DNA from: a bacterium
Lineage (GTDB): Bacteria; Bacillota; Clostridia; Christensenellales; UBA3700
NCBI GenBank assembly: GCA_963592135.1
Contig: CAVAVP010000016.1
Span: forward strand, 6,126-70,125
Length of the DNA: 64,000 nucleotides
Reading direction: 5' to 3'
Shown here: positions 39,160 to 50,100 of the stretch, piece by piece
Layout of the letters: every line of letters starts with the position of its first letter
How positions within the stretch are numbered: position 1 is the first letter of the stretch
Translations under genes and position numbers: made by a program
Notes under the pieces: model-generated
What the model was told of the DNA's origin: nothing
Databases searched by the model: none
The model's input: the letters and a program-made list of their open reading frames with translations, nothing else

Positions 39160-40365
39160 TTATATTTTCTCTACAATAGATTTTGTTTCTCTTGCAATTA
39201 CTAACTCTTCATTTGTTGGAATAACTAGTACTCTAACATGTGATCCTTCAGCTGTTAAATCGCACCAATTTCCACGAGGATTCTTTGCATTTTTCTCTTT
39301 ATCTATCTTGATACCTAAGAACTCAAGATTATCTGTTATTGATTCTCTTGATTCATAAGCATTTTCTCCTATACCACCTGTAAATACTAAACAGTCAAGA
39401 CCATTCATTGCAGCAGCATATGCTCCAATATACTTTTGTGTTTGATATACAAATATTTCAAGAGCTAAAGCTGCTCTTTCATTTCCTTCAGCCTTTGCTG
39501 CATATAAATCTCTTGAATCTGAAGATACACCAGATACTCCTAAATATCCACACTTTTTATTTAAATATGTTACAGTTTCAGCAAATGTCATACCTTTTAG
39601 TTTAGCTAAAGTTTCTGCAGCACCTACATCAATATCTCCACAACGTGTTCCCATTGGGATGCCTGCAAGTGGTGTCATACCCATTGATGTATCAATAGAT
39701 TTTCCATTCTTAACAGCAGTAATTGACGAACCATTACCTAAATGACATGTAACAATATTTTCATATGGAAGATTTTTAGATTTTAAGTACTTAATAGCTT
39801 CTTCTGATACATACTTATGAGATGAACCATGAGCACCATATCTACGAACTTTGTACTTTTTATAATCTTCATAATCTATAGCATAAAGTTCTGCCTTGTT
39901 TGGCATTGTTGCATGGAAACCAGTATCTAAAACTATTACATTTGGAATATTTGGCAACAATTCTCTACATGCCTTAATACAAGATAAGTGAGCTGGATCA
40001 TGTAAAGGAGCAAAATATGTGTTTGCTTCAAGTTCTTTAATTACTTTTTCATTAACAAGTGTTGAATGTAAGTATGTTTCACCAGCATTTACGTATCTAT
40101 GACCAAAAGCTGCAATTTCATTTAAAGACTTAATAACACCCATCTTTTCATCTAACAATAATTTGAAAGATAATTCTAGTGCTTCTATATGGTCTTTTAG
40201 ATCTTGCATTATTACATGCTTTTCGCCTTTTGATTTATATGTTATTTTAGTTCCTCCAATACCAATTCTTTCAATACCACCATTGCATAAAGATTCTTCT
40301 GTAGACATATCTATTAATTGGAATTTTAAAGAAGAACTACCTGCATTAACTACTAATATTTTCAT
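39160..40365 (-). CDS. ackA: acetate kinase
   Basis: MKILVVNAGSSSLKF is the N-terminus. I use the ATG at 40365, with GGTGAGGAA upstream, rather than the track's GTG at 40380. Confidence 0.95.
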   Translation of the reverse strand: MKILVVNAGSSSLKFQLIDMSTEESLCNGGIERIGIGGTKITYKSKGEKHVIMQDLKDHIEALELSFKLLLDEKMGVIKSLNEIAAFGHRYVNAGETYLHSTLVNEKVIKELEANTYFAPLHDPAHLSCIKACRELLPNIPNVIVLDTGFHATMPNKAELYAIDYEDYKKYKVRRYGAHGSSHKYVSEEAIKYLKSKNLPYENIVTCHLGNGSSITAVKNGKSIDTSMGMTPLAGIPMGTRCGDIDVGAAETLAKLKGMTFAETVTYLNKKCGYLGVSGVSSDSRDLYAAKAEGNERAALALEIFVYQTQKYIGAYAAAMNGLDCLVFTGGIGENAYESRESITDNLEFLGIKIDKEKNAKNPRGNWCDLTAEGSHVRVLVIPTNEELVIARETKSIVEKI

Positions 40366-40389
40366 ATGTTTTTTCCTCACCCTTCTAGA

Positions 40390-41397
40390 TTATTCTGCTT
40401 GACAAGCAGTAACTGCAACAGTGTTTATAATTTCTTCAACGTCGCATCCTCTTGATAAATCATTTAATGGTTTAGCAAAACCTTGACATACAGGTCCAAT
40501 TGCCTTATAACCGCCAAATCTTTGTGCAATCTTATAACCAATATTACCAGCGTTAATATTTGGGAATACAAATACATTTGCATGTCCTGCAACACTTGAA
40601 CCTGGAGCCTTTAATGCAGCTACCTTTGGAGATACTGCAGCATCAAATTGGAACTCGCCATCAATAGCAAGACTTGGTGCAGCCTCTTTAGCAATCGCTA
40701 CGGCTTCTTGAACCTTTGGAACAGATTTAAAGAATTTATCATCATTACCAGAACCCTTTGTCGAGAAAGATAACATAGCAACCTTTGGTTCGATTCCTGT
40801 GATTGTCTTTGCTGTATTTGCTGAAGATATAGCAATATCTGCAAGTTGTTGAGCATCTGGCTCAATATTAATTGCACAATCAGCAAAAACTGCAACACCA
40901 TCTTCATTATATGGATGTGGAAGATTTTCATCTGCAATCATAATAAAACAAGATGAAACTGTCTTAACACCTGGTGCTGTTTTAATTACTTGTAAACCTG
41001 GTCTTAATGTATTTGCTGTTGAATGACATGCACCTGATACGTAACCGTCAACGTCGCCGGCCTTTAACATTAAAGCACCAAACATTGTTCTATCCTCAGC
41101 TTGAATTGCAGCTTGTTCTTCTGTCATCCCTTTAGCTTTTCTGCTTTCATATAAGATATTTGCATATTCTTTAGTTTTTTCACTTGTTTTTGGATCAATA
41201 AGTGTAATTCCACTTAAATCTACATCTGGAGCCACCTTTTTACATTCAGCTTCATTTCCTACTAATACAATTTTAGCTATTCCTAATTTTGTAACTTCCG
41301 CAGCAGCTCTTACAACTCTTTCATCCTCGCCTTCGCAAAGAACTATTGTCTTATTTAAAGCTTTTGCTTTATTTCTAATACTTTCAATTAAACTCAT
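40390..41397 (-). CDS. pta: phosphate acetyltransferase
   Basis: 335 aa, short Pta form, with the typical GYVSGA.HSTA and QGFAKPLNDLSRG motifs. Confidence 0.93.
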   Translation of the reverse strand: MSLIESIRNKAKALNKTIVLCEGEDERVVRAAAEVTKLGIAKIVLVGNEAECKKVAPDVDLSGITLIDPKTSEKTKEYANILYESRKAKGMTEEQAAIQAEDRTMFGALMLKAGDVDGYVSGACHSTANTLRPGLQVIKTAPGVKTVSSCFIMIADENLPHPYNEDGVAVFADCAINIEPDAQQLADIAISSANTAKTITGIEPKVAMLSFSTKGSGNDDKFFKSVPKVQEAVAIAKEAAPSLAIDGEFQFDAAVSPKVAALKAPGSSVAGHANVFVFPNINAGNIGYKIAQRFGGYKAIGPVCQGFAKPLNDLSRGCDVEEIINTVAVTACQAE

Positions 41398-41492
41398 ATT
41401 CTAGCCTCCAAAAACTTTATTTATATAACTATTTTTAATATAATATAGATATTATACGCATCTTGAGTGATTAAAGTAAAGGAAATTAAACG

Positions 41493-42638
41493 ATGAGAAT
41501 AGGTTTTATAGTAGCAGAATACAATCCACTTCATAATGGTCATGTTAAACATATTCAAAAGACAAAAGAAGATCTTCATTGCGATAGTATAGTTGTTGTA
41601 ATGAGTGGCGATATAGTGCAACGTGGCGAACTTGCAATTGTAGATAAATACACAAGAGCTACGTGGGCGATAGAAGCTGGAGCTGATATGGTTATTGAAC
41701 TTCCGGTTGAATATACTCTAGGCTCAGCACAAGTATTTGCAACCGGGGCTAGTAAAATTATATCTTATTTTGACGCAGAAAAATATATTTCCTTCGGTTC
41801 AGAATGTGGTAGCACTTATGTTTTAGAAAAAGTTGTAGAAATGTTAGACTCCGAAGAAAATCAAGGATATATAAGAGAGTTTTTAAACGCTGGAAATACA
41901 TATGCAAAAGCAAATACTCTTGCCTTTTCAAAATATCTAAATACACATGGTATCGACCAATCAATTGCATCAGTTTTAGATTCGCCAAACAACATTCTTG
42001 GCCTAGAATATATCCGTGCAATCAAATACATGGACGTAAAACCATACACAATAGCAAGAGAAGGATCATATAATAATTCTTTAGATAAAGACAATCCTTC
42101 TGCGCTTTCTATACGAGAAGCTCTTTATAAAAAGGCCCCTATATTTGATATGATTCCATCCTTTGTTGCAAAAGATTTAGGAAACGTTAAAGATAATCGT
42201 GAAAAATTGTTTAGTGTTATTAAATATGAACTTTCAAAGAAACAAAACTTAGATAAAATTTTTGGAATGCATGAGGGACTTCACAATAGATTCTTATCCT
42301 TTCTATCTAAAAGTTCTACATATGCAGAGTTTATGCAAAACGTAAAAACAAAGAGATTTACAATGACATCGCTATCAAGATCTTTAATGTGTGCTCTTAT
42401 AGATAACACCTACACTTTAGATCAAGTTTTAGACTTAGATGTAAATTATATAAATGTTTTAGCAGTAAAAGATAAAAAACAAAATCTATTATCTTCAATT
42501 GATACAAATGTAGTTACGAAACCTAGTGAACTTGCAAAACTAAAAGATAGAGTTGACACAACTCTTCAAAATAAATCTGAATCTTTATTTAAGGCAATAA
42601 ACTATGAATATGAGCCTTATATGCGTATTGTAAAATAA
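41493..42638 (+). CDS. tmcAL: tRNA(Met) cytidine acetate ligase (TmcAL/YlbM family nucleotidyltransferase)
   Basis: 381 aa with the N-terminal GFIVAEYNPLHNGH HIGH-like motif characteristic of YlbM/UPF0348. Confidence 0.8.
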   Translation: MRIGFIVAEYNPLHNGHVKHIQKTKEDLHCDSIVVVMSGDIVQRGELAIVDKYTRATWAIEAGADMVIELPVEYTLGSAQVFATGASKIISYFDAEKYISFGSECGSTYVLEKVVEMLDSEENQGYIREFLNAGNTYAKANTLAFSKYLNTHGIDQSIASVLDSPNNILGLEYIRAIKYMDVKPYTIAREGSYNNSLDKDNPSALSIREALYKKAPIFDMIPSFVAKDLGNVKDNREKLFSVIKYELSKKQNLDKIFGMHEGLHNRFLSFLSKSSTYAEFMQNVKTKRFTMTSLSRSLMCALIDNTYTLDQVLDLDVNYINVLAVKDKKQNLLSSIDTNVVTKPSELAKLKDRVDTTLQNKSESLFKAINYEYEPYMRIVK

Positions 42639-42640
42639 AT

Positions 42641-42685
42641 AAAAAAAAGCCAAATCATTAAGGCATCGAAGATTTTGGCTTTTTT
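42641..42685 (+). terminator. tmcAL intrinsic terminator (bidirectional shape)
   Basis: An A8 run precedes the stem GCCAAATC / GATTTTGGC (42649-42679). A T6 run follows. Confidence 0.7.
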
Positions 42686-42849
42686 ATATAATTCATTGGA
42701 TATTTTAGTAGAACTAATCCAATAGAATATCTTTTTAATAATTAAATATAACATCATTTTAGATGATATCAACGCATTTTTGCTTTTTTATGTAAAAAAA
42801 ATGCCTTAAGGCTTTCTCTTGAAGCATTTGACATATAAACTCTTTCGTT

Positions 42850-43356
42850 TTATTGATTGCTCATTGGAGGTTGCATACCTTCATCCATGTTTTGTTGTTG
42901 ATCATATTGCGGGAACAATTGAGCTTTTTTTTGCATAATTGCATCTAAAACTTGTCTTACACAAATTTCTGCATTATCCATAAACGCACCAACATCAGCA
43001 TATGCTTGATTTGCTAGATTATTTGCATAATTTACTGCATTTTGTGTTGTTTCATAAGCCTCTTTATTAGCTTGTTCAATAATTGCGCTTTCAGACACTA
43101 ATCTTTGAGCATCATTTTCTGCCTTTTTAATAATTTCATTTGCTCTTGCTTCTGCCTCCGCAATTACAGCTTGCGCATTTTTAGTAATATTTCTAGCTTG
43201 AGATAATTCACTTGGTAAAATATCTCTTATTCTTTGTATACATTCTAAACAAGCGGCCTCATCAACCATCTTCAAATCAGACATAAAACCTTTTTTAGCT
43301 AAAGTAATTGTTGTCTCTAACTTCGATAATAATTCTTCAACATTCATTTCTACCAT
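42850..43356 (-). CDS. coiled-coil protein of unknown function (ATP-synthase b/E-like helical repeat, Q/P-rich tail)
   Basis: 168 aa dominated by heptad-like A/E/Q/N sequence (AEAEARANEIIKKAENDAQRL). No catalytic motif is present. It lies 2 nt after the rsmD-coaD stop. Confidence 0.45.
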   Translation of the reverse strand: MVEMNVEELLSKLETTITLAKKGFMSDLKMVDEAACLECIQRIRDILPSELSQARNITKNAQAVIAEAEARANEIIKKAENDAQRLVSESAIIEQANKEAYETTQNAVNYANNLANQAYADVGAFMDNAEICVRQVLDAIMQKKAQLFPQYDQQQNMDEGMQPPMSNQ

Positions 43357-43358
43357 TT

Positions 43359-44372
43359 TTATTGGTTCTCCTTATATAATTTAACAATAATATTATAAAC
43401 ACATTTTGGAACTAAATCCCTAATATTTTCATTATTTATTAAAGCTTGTCTTACTTTTGTAGAGCTTATATCCACTTCCTCATCCTTAGCTTTATATAAA
43501 ATTGTTTCTATATTTCCATGCTCTTTATTATACTTTGCCATATCTATTTCATAAGCATAATCGACTTCATTTCTATATCCACGTATTATTATATCAATTT
43601 TATGCTCATTTAAATACTTAAAAATATATCCATCACAAATGTCTACTAAAACATTTGGATACTCTAAAACTGTTTTTTGAACAATTTCTTTTCGTTGCTC
43701 TAAACTAAATAAACTTTTTTTAGTTTCATTTTGAGCTATAACAACTACAACTTTATCATAATCTTTTATAGCTTTTTCAATTATATCTAAATGTCCTTTT
43801 GTAATTGGATCAAAACTTCCTGTTACTGCACATATCTTTTGTGTTAACTTTATAAAATCAACTTGAATCTTTCCAAATGTCTTACTTTTTTCAATATAAA
43901 AATCTTGAGATAAAGTGTAATTTCTATCTATATCGTGTTCATAAATTATATAGCCTCTTTCATCTATTAGTTTTCTTTTACCTACAAGTAAGCATATTTC
44001 ATTTATACAATCAAGAGCAAATGGTGCATCTACAAATATATAATCCACATTTCCTTGAATAGAGTTTAAAGTTTCTCTATAATCTCTATTTAAAACCTTA
44101 TAATTCCCCTCTATCCCTTTTAGGTTATATTTAACAAAATCAAGAGATGTTTTCGATATATCTGAAAAAATAGTTTCACTTGCCCCACGAGATATAGCCT
44201 CAATTCCCATAGACCCCGTGCCTGCAAATAAGTCTACAAATCTACAATCTTTAACAGCAAATTGAATAACATTAAATATAGATTCCTTGACTCTATCTAT
44301 AGTAGGTCTTACATCCTTTCCTTCTGGTGCTATTAAATTTTTCCCTCTGTATTTTCCACTTATTACTCGCAA
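43359..44372 (-). CDS. coaD: fusion protein: 16S rRNA m2G966 methyltransferase RsmD (N-terminal) and phosphopantetheine adenylyltransferase CoaD (C-terminal)
   Basis: Residues 1-~175 carry MRVISGKYRG..L..P.....RPT.DRVKESIFN, the SAM motif DLFAGTGSMGIEAISRG, and VDAPF (RsmD DPPF/Y). Residues ~180-337 carry CAVTGSFDPITKGHLDII (CoaD T/HxGH) and ISSTKVR. It is a single uninterrupted frame. Confidence 0.85.
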   Translation of the reverse strand: MRVISGKYRGKNLIAPEGKDVRPTIDRVKESIFNVIQFAVKDCRFVDLFAGTGSMGIEAISRGASETIFSDISKTSLDFVKYNLKGIEGNYKVLNRDYRETLNSIQGNVDYIFVDAPFALDCINEICLLVGKRKLIDERGYIIYEHDIDRNYTLSQDFYIEKSKTFGKIQVDFIKLTQKICAVTGSFDPITKGHLDIIEKAIKDYDKVVVVIAQNETKKSLFSLEQRKEIVQKTVLEYPNVLVDICDGYIFKYLNEHKIDIIIRGYRNEVDYAYEIDMAKYNKEHGNIETILYKAKDEEVDISSTKVRQALINNENIRDLVPKCVYNIIVKLYKENQ

Positions 44373-44905
44373 CTTATTACCCCAAATTCATTTACTATAT
44401 AATCAAGTTTAACATCAAACTCTTTTGCCTGTATTTTATCCATTTCTTGGCATGAATACGCTAGTCCTACTTTTAAGCATTTTTTTTGCTTTGAAAAAAA
44501 TCTATCGTAATATCCTTTGCCCTTTCCAAGTCTATTTAGATTTTTATCATAACCAAGAAGTGGCGTTATACATACATCAAATAAAATATCACTATCTTTA
44601 TATTCTTTTCCTATAGGCTCTTTTATATTAAATGGGCCAAGATTAAATACAGTGTCTTTGTCTATCTTTACATACACCATATCATCGCCTATAACTTTTG
44701 GCATATATAAACTTGCTTTTCTCATATAGTACTCTACTATCTTTTTTGTAGATACTTCACTATCTAGCGAATTGTATATAAGGACATTTCCCTTTACAAA
44801 ATCAGCATTTACTAGATTTCCAAAAATCTTATCATCAAGACCATCTTTGCTTTCCAAAGATTTTAATTTTTCTTTGATAAGATTTCGTTGGAACTCTTTT
44901 TCCAT
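44363..44905 (-). CDS. 5-formyltetrahydrofolate cyclo-ligase
   Basis: 180 aa with the ITPLLGYDKNLNRLGKGKGYYDRF motif typical of MTHFS. Confidence 0.85.
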   Translation of the reverse strand: MEKEFQRNLIKEKLKSLESKDGLDDKIFGNLVNADFVKGNVLIYNSLDSEVSTKKIVEYYMRKASLYMPKVIGDDMVYVKIDKDTVFNLGPFNIKEPIGKEYKDSDILFDVCITPLLGYDKNLNRLGKGKGYYDRFFSKQKKCLKVGLAYSCQEMDKIQAKEFDVKLDYIVNEFGVISCE

Positions 44906-47161
44906 TTACATTTGACTCTTATAGTAATTAATTAAACAACCTTGTTTAATGATTTCTCTCTCATCATCAGTAAGAGGATCTATTCTTAATGTCACATCAA
45001 TAACCTCTCCTTTTCTTACAATTTTTGATGGGAATACTAAATCATTTTCAACCAACTTTTCTTTAATATTTGGAATAACCATAATATCATCAATATTAAA
45101 CTCTGCATCATCACAAATAAATGGGAACATACCCCAGTTAATTAAGTTGCTTCTATATCTTTTTGTTGCATATTCTCTTGCAATATTGCAAATGCCGCCT
45201 AAAACTCTTTGACATGAAGCTGCTTGTTCTCTAGCAGAACCATCACCAGGCTTTATTGCAAAAACCCCAGATCCCAAAGATACACTTCCTTTAAGTTCTA
45301 ATTTAGTAGCTTTAATTGCAGCCTTGTACTCCTCATTTAGATCTTTTTCTCTTCTTTCAAGCTCTGATGCATAAACTTCCTTTGCACGAGATACATATAA
45401 TGGATCTTTTCTAGATAAAGCAAACTCAGCAAGTTTTAATGGATTTGATCTATATGACGAGGTTTCTCCTGAAGGAATCAATTCATCAGTTGTTGTTACT
45501 GGATCGTTTATAACAGAAGAAAGTTTAACAACAATATTATCTGTCAAATTAATAACCTCTGGCCAATCTCTAATATTTGGGCCGTATTGAAGTGGTAAAT
45601 TTTCTTGAGCATTGCCGTAACCTTGATAACATCTATTTTTATAAATCGTGCTATCAAAATTAAATGTTGGGATTGCATTATCATAATCCATTTCTAATGC
45701 GCTTGTTAATGCACCGCCGTTTGCAGCGGTTGCAGCAATTGATCTAGCATCCATCAATGCAACAGAAGCAATTTGTCCATTAGCTGGCTTTGATCCTTCT
45801 CTATTTTCAAAGTTTCTTGTTGAATGTCTAATAGATAATGCATTATTAGCAGGAACATCTCCTGCGCCAAAACATGGACCACAGAAACATGTCTTTATAA
45901 TTGCACCTGAATCAATCAAATCACCAAGTGCACCTTTTTGTAATAAGTCTTTATAAATAGGAGTAGATGCAGGATAAACACTCATTGTAAACTTTCCTGT
46001 TCCTACATATTTTCCCTTTAGAATTGAAGCTGCTTCGATAATGTTATCATATGTACCACCTGCACATCCTGCAATAACACCTTGCTCTACCATAACTTTT
46101 CCATCTTTAATTTTATCTACAAGAGAAATCTTTACATTCTTTAATAGTTTATTTCCATCTTCTTCAACTTTAGATAAAATATCATATGGATTTTCAATTA
46201 CATCTTTTAAGTTATATACATTACTTGGATGGAATGGAAGTGCAATTTGAGGTTCAATTGTAGATAAATCTACATTTACAACTCCATCATAATAAGCTAC
46301 CTTTTCAGGAGTTATAGCCTTATAATCATTTAATCTTCCACGGACTGTGTAATAATTTTTAACTTCATCATCATTTGTCTCCCATATAGAAGATAAACAA
46401 GTTGTTTCAGTTGTCATTACATCAATACCATTTCTATATTCAATTGGCAAATTCTTTATACCTTCGCCAACAAATTCCATAACTTTATTCTTAACAAAAC
46501 CACATTTAAATACGGCACCTATTATAGATAATGCAACGTCTTGAGGACCAACACCCTTTCTTGGTTTTCCTGTTAAATTTATGGCAATTACATCAGGATA
46601 TTTTATATCGTATGTTCTATTTAATAATTGTTTAACAAGTTCAGGTCCACCCTCACCCATTGCCATTGTGCCTAATGCACCATAACGAGTATGAGAGTCA
46701 CTCCCTAAAATCATCTTGCCACATCCTGACATCATTTCTCTCATATATGTATGAATAACTGCTTGATGAGGAGGAACAAATATACCACCATATTTTTTTG
46801 CAGCAGATAATCCAAATACATGATCATCTTCATTTATAGTTCCACCTACTGCACATAAAGAATTATGGCAATTAGTTAAAACATAAGGAATTGGAAATTT
46901 TTTCAACCCGCTAGCTTTTGCTGTTTGAATGATACCTACATATGTAATATCATGAGATGCCATTGCATCAAATTTAATCTTTAAAGGAGCACCTTTTTCT
47001 GTAACATTTAAAGTATTATGTGCTTTTAAAATTGAATATGCCATTGTACCTTTGTAGGCATTTTCTAAATCTCTTTTTTGATATCCCTGTTGAATAGCAT
47101 CAATTTCACTTAAAAATTTACCATCAATAAAGTACTTTCTATCTGATACTAACTTAATCAT
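44906..47161 (-). CDS. aconitate hydratase
   Basis: 751 aa. Fe-S cluster ligand regions are GSDSHTRYG and CGPCFGAG, with substrate motif [10 protein letters not shown]. Confidence 0.88.
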   Translation of the reverse strand: MIKLVSDRKYFIDGKFLSEIDAIQQGYQKRDLENAYKGTMAYSILKAHNTLNVTEKGAPLKIKFDAMASHDITYVGIIQTAKASGLKKFPIPYVLTNCHNSLCAVGGTINEDDHVFGLSAAKKYGGIFVPPHQAVIHTYMREMMSGCGKMILGSDSHTRYGALGTMAMGEGGPELVKQLLNRTYDIKYPDVIAINLTGKPRKGVGPQDVALSIIGAVFKCGFVKNKVMEFVGEGIKNLPIEYRNGIDVMTTETTCLSSIWETNDDEVKNYYTVRGRLNDYKAITPEKVAYYDGVVNVDLSTIEPQIALPFHPSNVYNLKDVIENPYDILSKVEEDGNKLLKNVKISLVDKIKDGKVMVEQGVIAGCAGGTYDNIIEAASILKGKYVGTGKFTMSVYPASTPIYKDLLQKGALGDLIDSGAIIKTCFCGPCFGAGDVPANNALSIRHSTRNFENREGSKPANGQIASVALMDARSIAATAANGGALTSALEMDYDNAIPTFNFDSTIYKNRCYQGYGNAQENLPLQYGPNIRDWPEVINLTDNIVVKLSSVINDPVTTTDELIPSGETSSYRSNPLKLAEFALSRKDPLYVSRAKEVYASELERREKDLNEEYKAAIKATKLELKGSVSLGSGVFAIKPGDGSAREQAASCQRVLGGICNIAREYATKRYRSNLINWGMFPFICDDAEFNIDDIMVIPNIKEKLVENDLVFPSKIVRKGEVIDVTLRIDPLTDDEREIIKQGCLINYYKSQM

Positions 47162-47182
47162 CTTATATCTCCTAAAATCTTT

Positions 47183-50100
47183 TTATTTCTTAGCAATTAT
47201 AATTATGTAAACATTATCAAAATCACCAATATTCACATAACTTACTGAATACTTGCTTGCATCCAAAGAAGTTTTCACTATAACAGAATCTAAATTTTCA
47301 CAATATACCATTACAGCTATACTATCGCCTGATACAAAGTCTCCATTTGTAGCCTCTTGAACCAAACTACTCAACAAAGCATTATACTCATTTGCTGACG
47401 TTGTATCAATTGAGTAATTGTAAGTTATATTATTATAAACGAATTTTATGTTTTTATAAACATCAATTTGACTATCACAAGCTTGACCCATTTCAAAATA
47501 TGTAACCTTAGTAATTGTGTGGTTACTGCTTAAACTTTCGTCCTCCGTCATTAAGAAATAGTTATAGTTTGTTGCCTCATATATTTTTTGTTTTGTAGAT
47601 GAGCCAATATTAACTCTATAGTTTGCCCATGTAGCGTCAGATAAATACCAATTTCCACCTATCTTTAATTTAACCCATGCATGAGCCCCACCACTGGCAA
47701 TTCCCGTAAGTTTATGGCATTCAATTCCCATCATATTACATAAAGCCGAATATGCGGCTGAAATTCCATTACATACTGCTAGACCATAATTAAATACTCC
47801 TTCCATATAAAAACATGACCAGCCATAAACATCATTGTAAGCATCAGTTCCATATAAAGCTGTTGCATCATCTGCCCCTGCGTAATCATAAACAATCCCA
47901 TAAGATAAATAATCATATATTGCAAGTGCTATTTCGTAATCATTCATATTTTCATCCAAAATAGTTCTTAAAACGGTTTTCATTTTCTTATACATTGTCT
48001 TTAAATCATTATTTACTATTACCGGGTTATAACCATTCTCAAGTGCTAAATATAACTCTATTGAAGAATTTACATTCGCATCCCCTTTATTATTTTTCTC
48101 TATTGGAAATACATAATCTGAAGATAAACCATCTCCCGTATGTTGAGGAAGATATGCAAAGTTTTCATATTTAGCTTTTTCTTCTGCGGTTCTTATTGTT
48201 GTAGGTTTATTTGCTCCTAAATATCTTATGTATAAAACATGACATTGATTAGATATTAAGTTACAAGTTGATTGAGAGTAATTCATTCCATAAGACACGG
48301 CTTCTGGAATGTTATAATAAACTTCTTGTAGTAATCTTATTATAAAGTTAGCATTTGTTAGGTCATTATTCATGGTAGTTGGATTATAACTGCCATCATT
48401 AGCATAATAGCTTGAAGATAAATCTATTTGATCACAATTTGCCGTATCAAAATCTATACAATAACTAAGTTTTATATATGTTTTTTCCGACAAAGTTTCT
48501 GTTGGAAGCGAGTCTTTATATAGATATGTATACATTAAAAGATCAAAAAGTTCTTCCCAACTTGTTATATAATAATTACATGTTTTACCATAAATTGTAT
48601 ATGTATCAAACATGTCTTCGACACCTTCTGCGTATGTTGTTGCAGTCAATGAAGAATATAAATTAAATCTATTTGTTACACTGCTAGCTGAATGCAATAA
48701 ACCATCAAAGCGAGCAGATACGACTACCTTCTGACCCGCTATTTTCAACTTCCCTGTTGCGTTAAATGAATTACCGTTAAACAAATCGGTATCAATTGTA
48801 GATATATAAGTATTTGAATCTATAGAGACTTCAAAATAATCTGGAGTAAAATCATAATCCCATGTTACATATACATTTGGAAACGATGAATCTACATCAA
48901 TTTTAACATTGTAAGGATTATATTTTGAATTATCTGTTATATTAAAATACCCATTAGAAATTCCCTTATCCGTTTGAACTTCAATATAATGTTTTCCTAA
49001 AGATAGTTTATCTAATATTTCACCACTTATTGTAATTTGGCCACTAGATAGTGTTGTCTTTACATTTACATTATCTATACTAACACCCTTAATACTTGCA
49101 TTTGATGTTGCAGAGGTTTGAATAGTATATGATGTTGCACCTTTTGTGTATTGAGCTAGTGTCAGCGTATAAGATGTTGTTTCGACTACTGTTACATAAT
49201 AATTTAACACATCACCACTGCTTAATATAAATTTCAATTTTATTTTTTCGCCTATTTCAAAATCACTAAAATAGTCTGCTTTTACAACCAAAATTGACTT
49301 TCCCGAATCTATATAATTTACAAAATCATCTGAATTTAAATTTGAAGATGAAACAACACTATCATCATCTAGTGTTACACATAAATTCTTTGTATCTCCT
49401 TTGGTAAAATATAAAGATGGAGCATTTACAACTTCTGTATATTTTGTAAAATCTATCAAATCCAATTCGGTAAACTTTGGATATAAATCAAGTGATGTGG
49501 TGTATTTTTTGGTATAAACCAACCTTTCACTTAAGGCATCATCTAAATACCACGCAACAAAAACATAACCTCCCTTTGTTGCCTTTGGGATATATGTAAA
49601 TAAATCTTTTTCAACATTAAAGGTGTCTATTCCTGTTTCTGTTAAACTTTCACCGGTGCTTAAATGGTAAGTAATGTTGTAGTTTACAATACTCCACGAT
49701 GGATATAAATCTAAATCTCTTAAGTAATTTGTAGAACTATCATATTCTTCAGTTAAATCTTGATCTAAATACCATCCATTAAACGCATACCCTTCTTTAC
49801 TTGGATTTTCTAAAGTAAGACCTAAGAAGTACGAATAGAACTCCGGATTATTTGAATTATTAACATTACTATCTATATGGTAATTTACATTAAATTTTGT
49901 CTCCTCAAACTTTGCATATAATGTCACACTTTCTAAGTTGTTTGAATCTGCAAATTTACATAGACTACTTAAATCTGTGTAATTATTTTTATATGTAGAA
50001 TCTAAATACCAACCAACAAAAGTATACCCTGTTTTTGTTGGCATACTTATAGTTATTGAATCTGTTACTTGAACGCTAGTTATTCCTCCATTGTCAAAAC

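Noticed and set aside
41421-41621. A 66 aa minus-strand ORF in the pta/tmcAL divergent region, and a 77 aa minus-strand ORF at 51960-52193.
   Set aside because: Both overlap the 5' ends of better-supported plus-strand genes and promoter sequence. Their composition is AT-driven (I/Y/N/K-rich) and they have no SD.
42802-42813. The palindrome GCCTTAAGGC followed by a T8 run on minus, as a terminator for the 42850 coiled-coil gene.
   Set aside because: Once a minimal loop is allowed, only a 3 bp GC stem remains. That is too weak to call with confidence, though the T8 run is suggestive.
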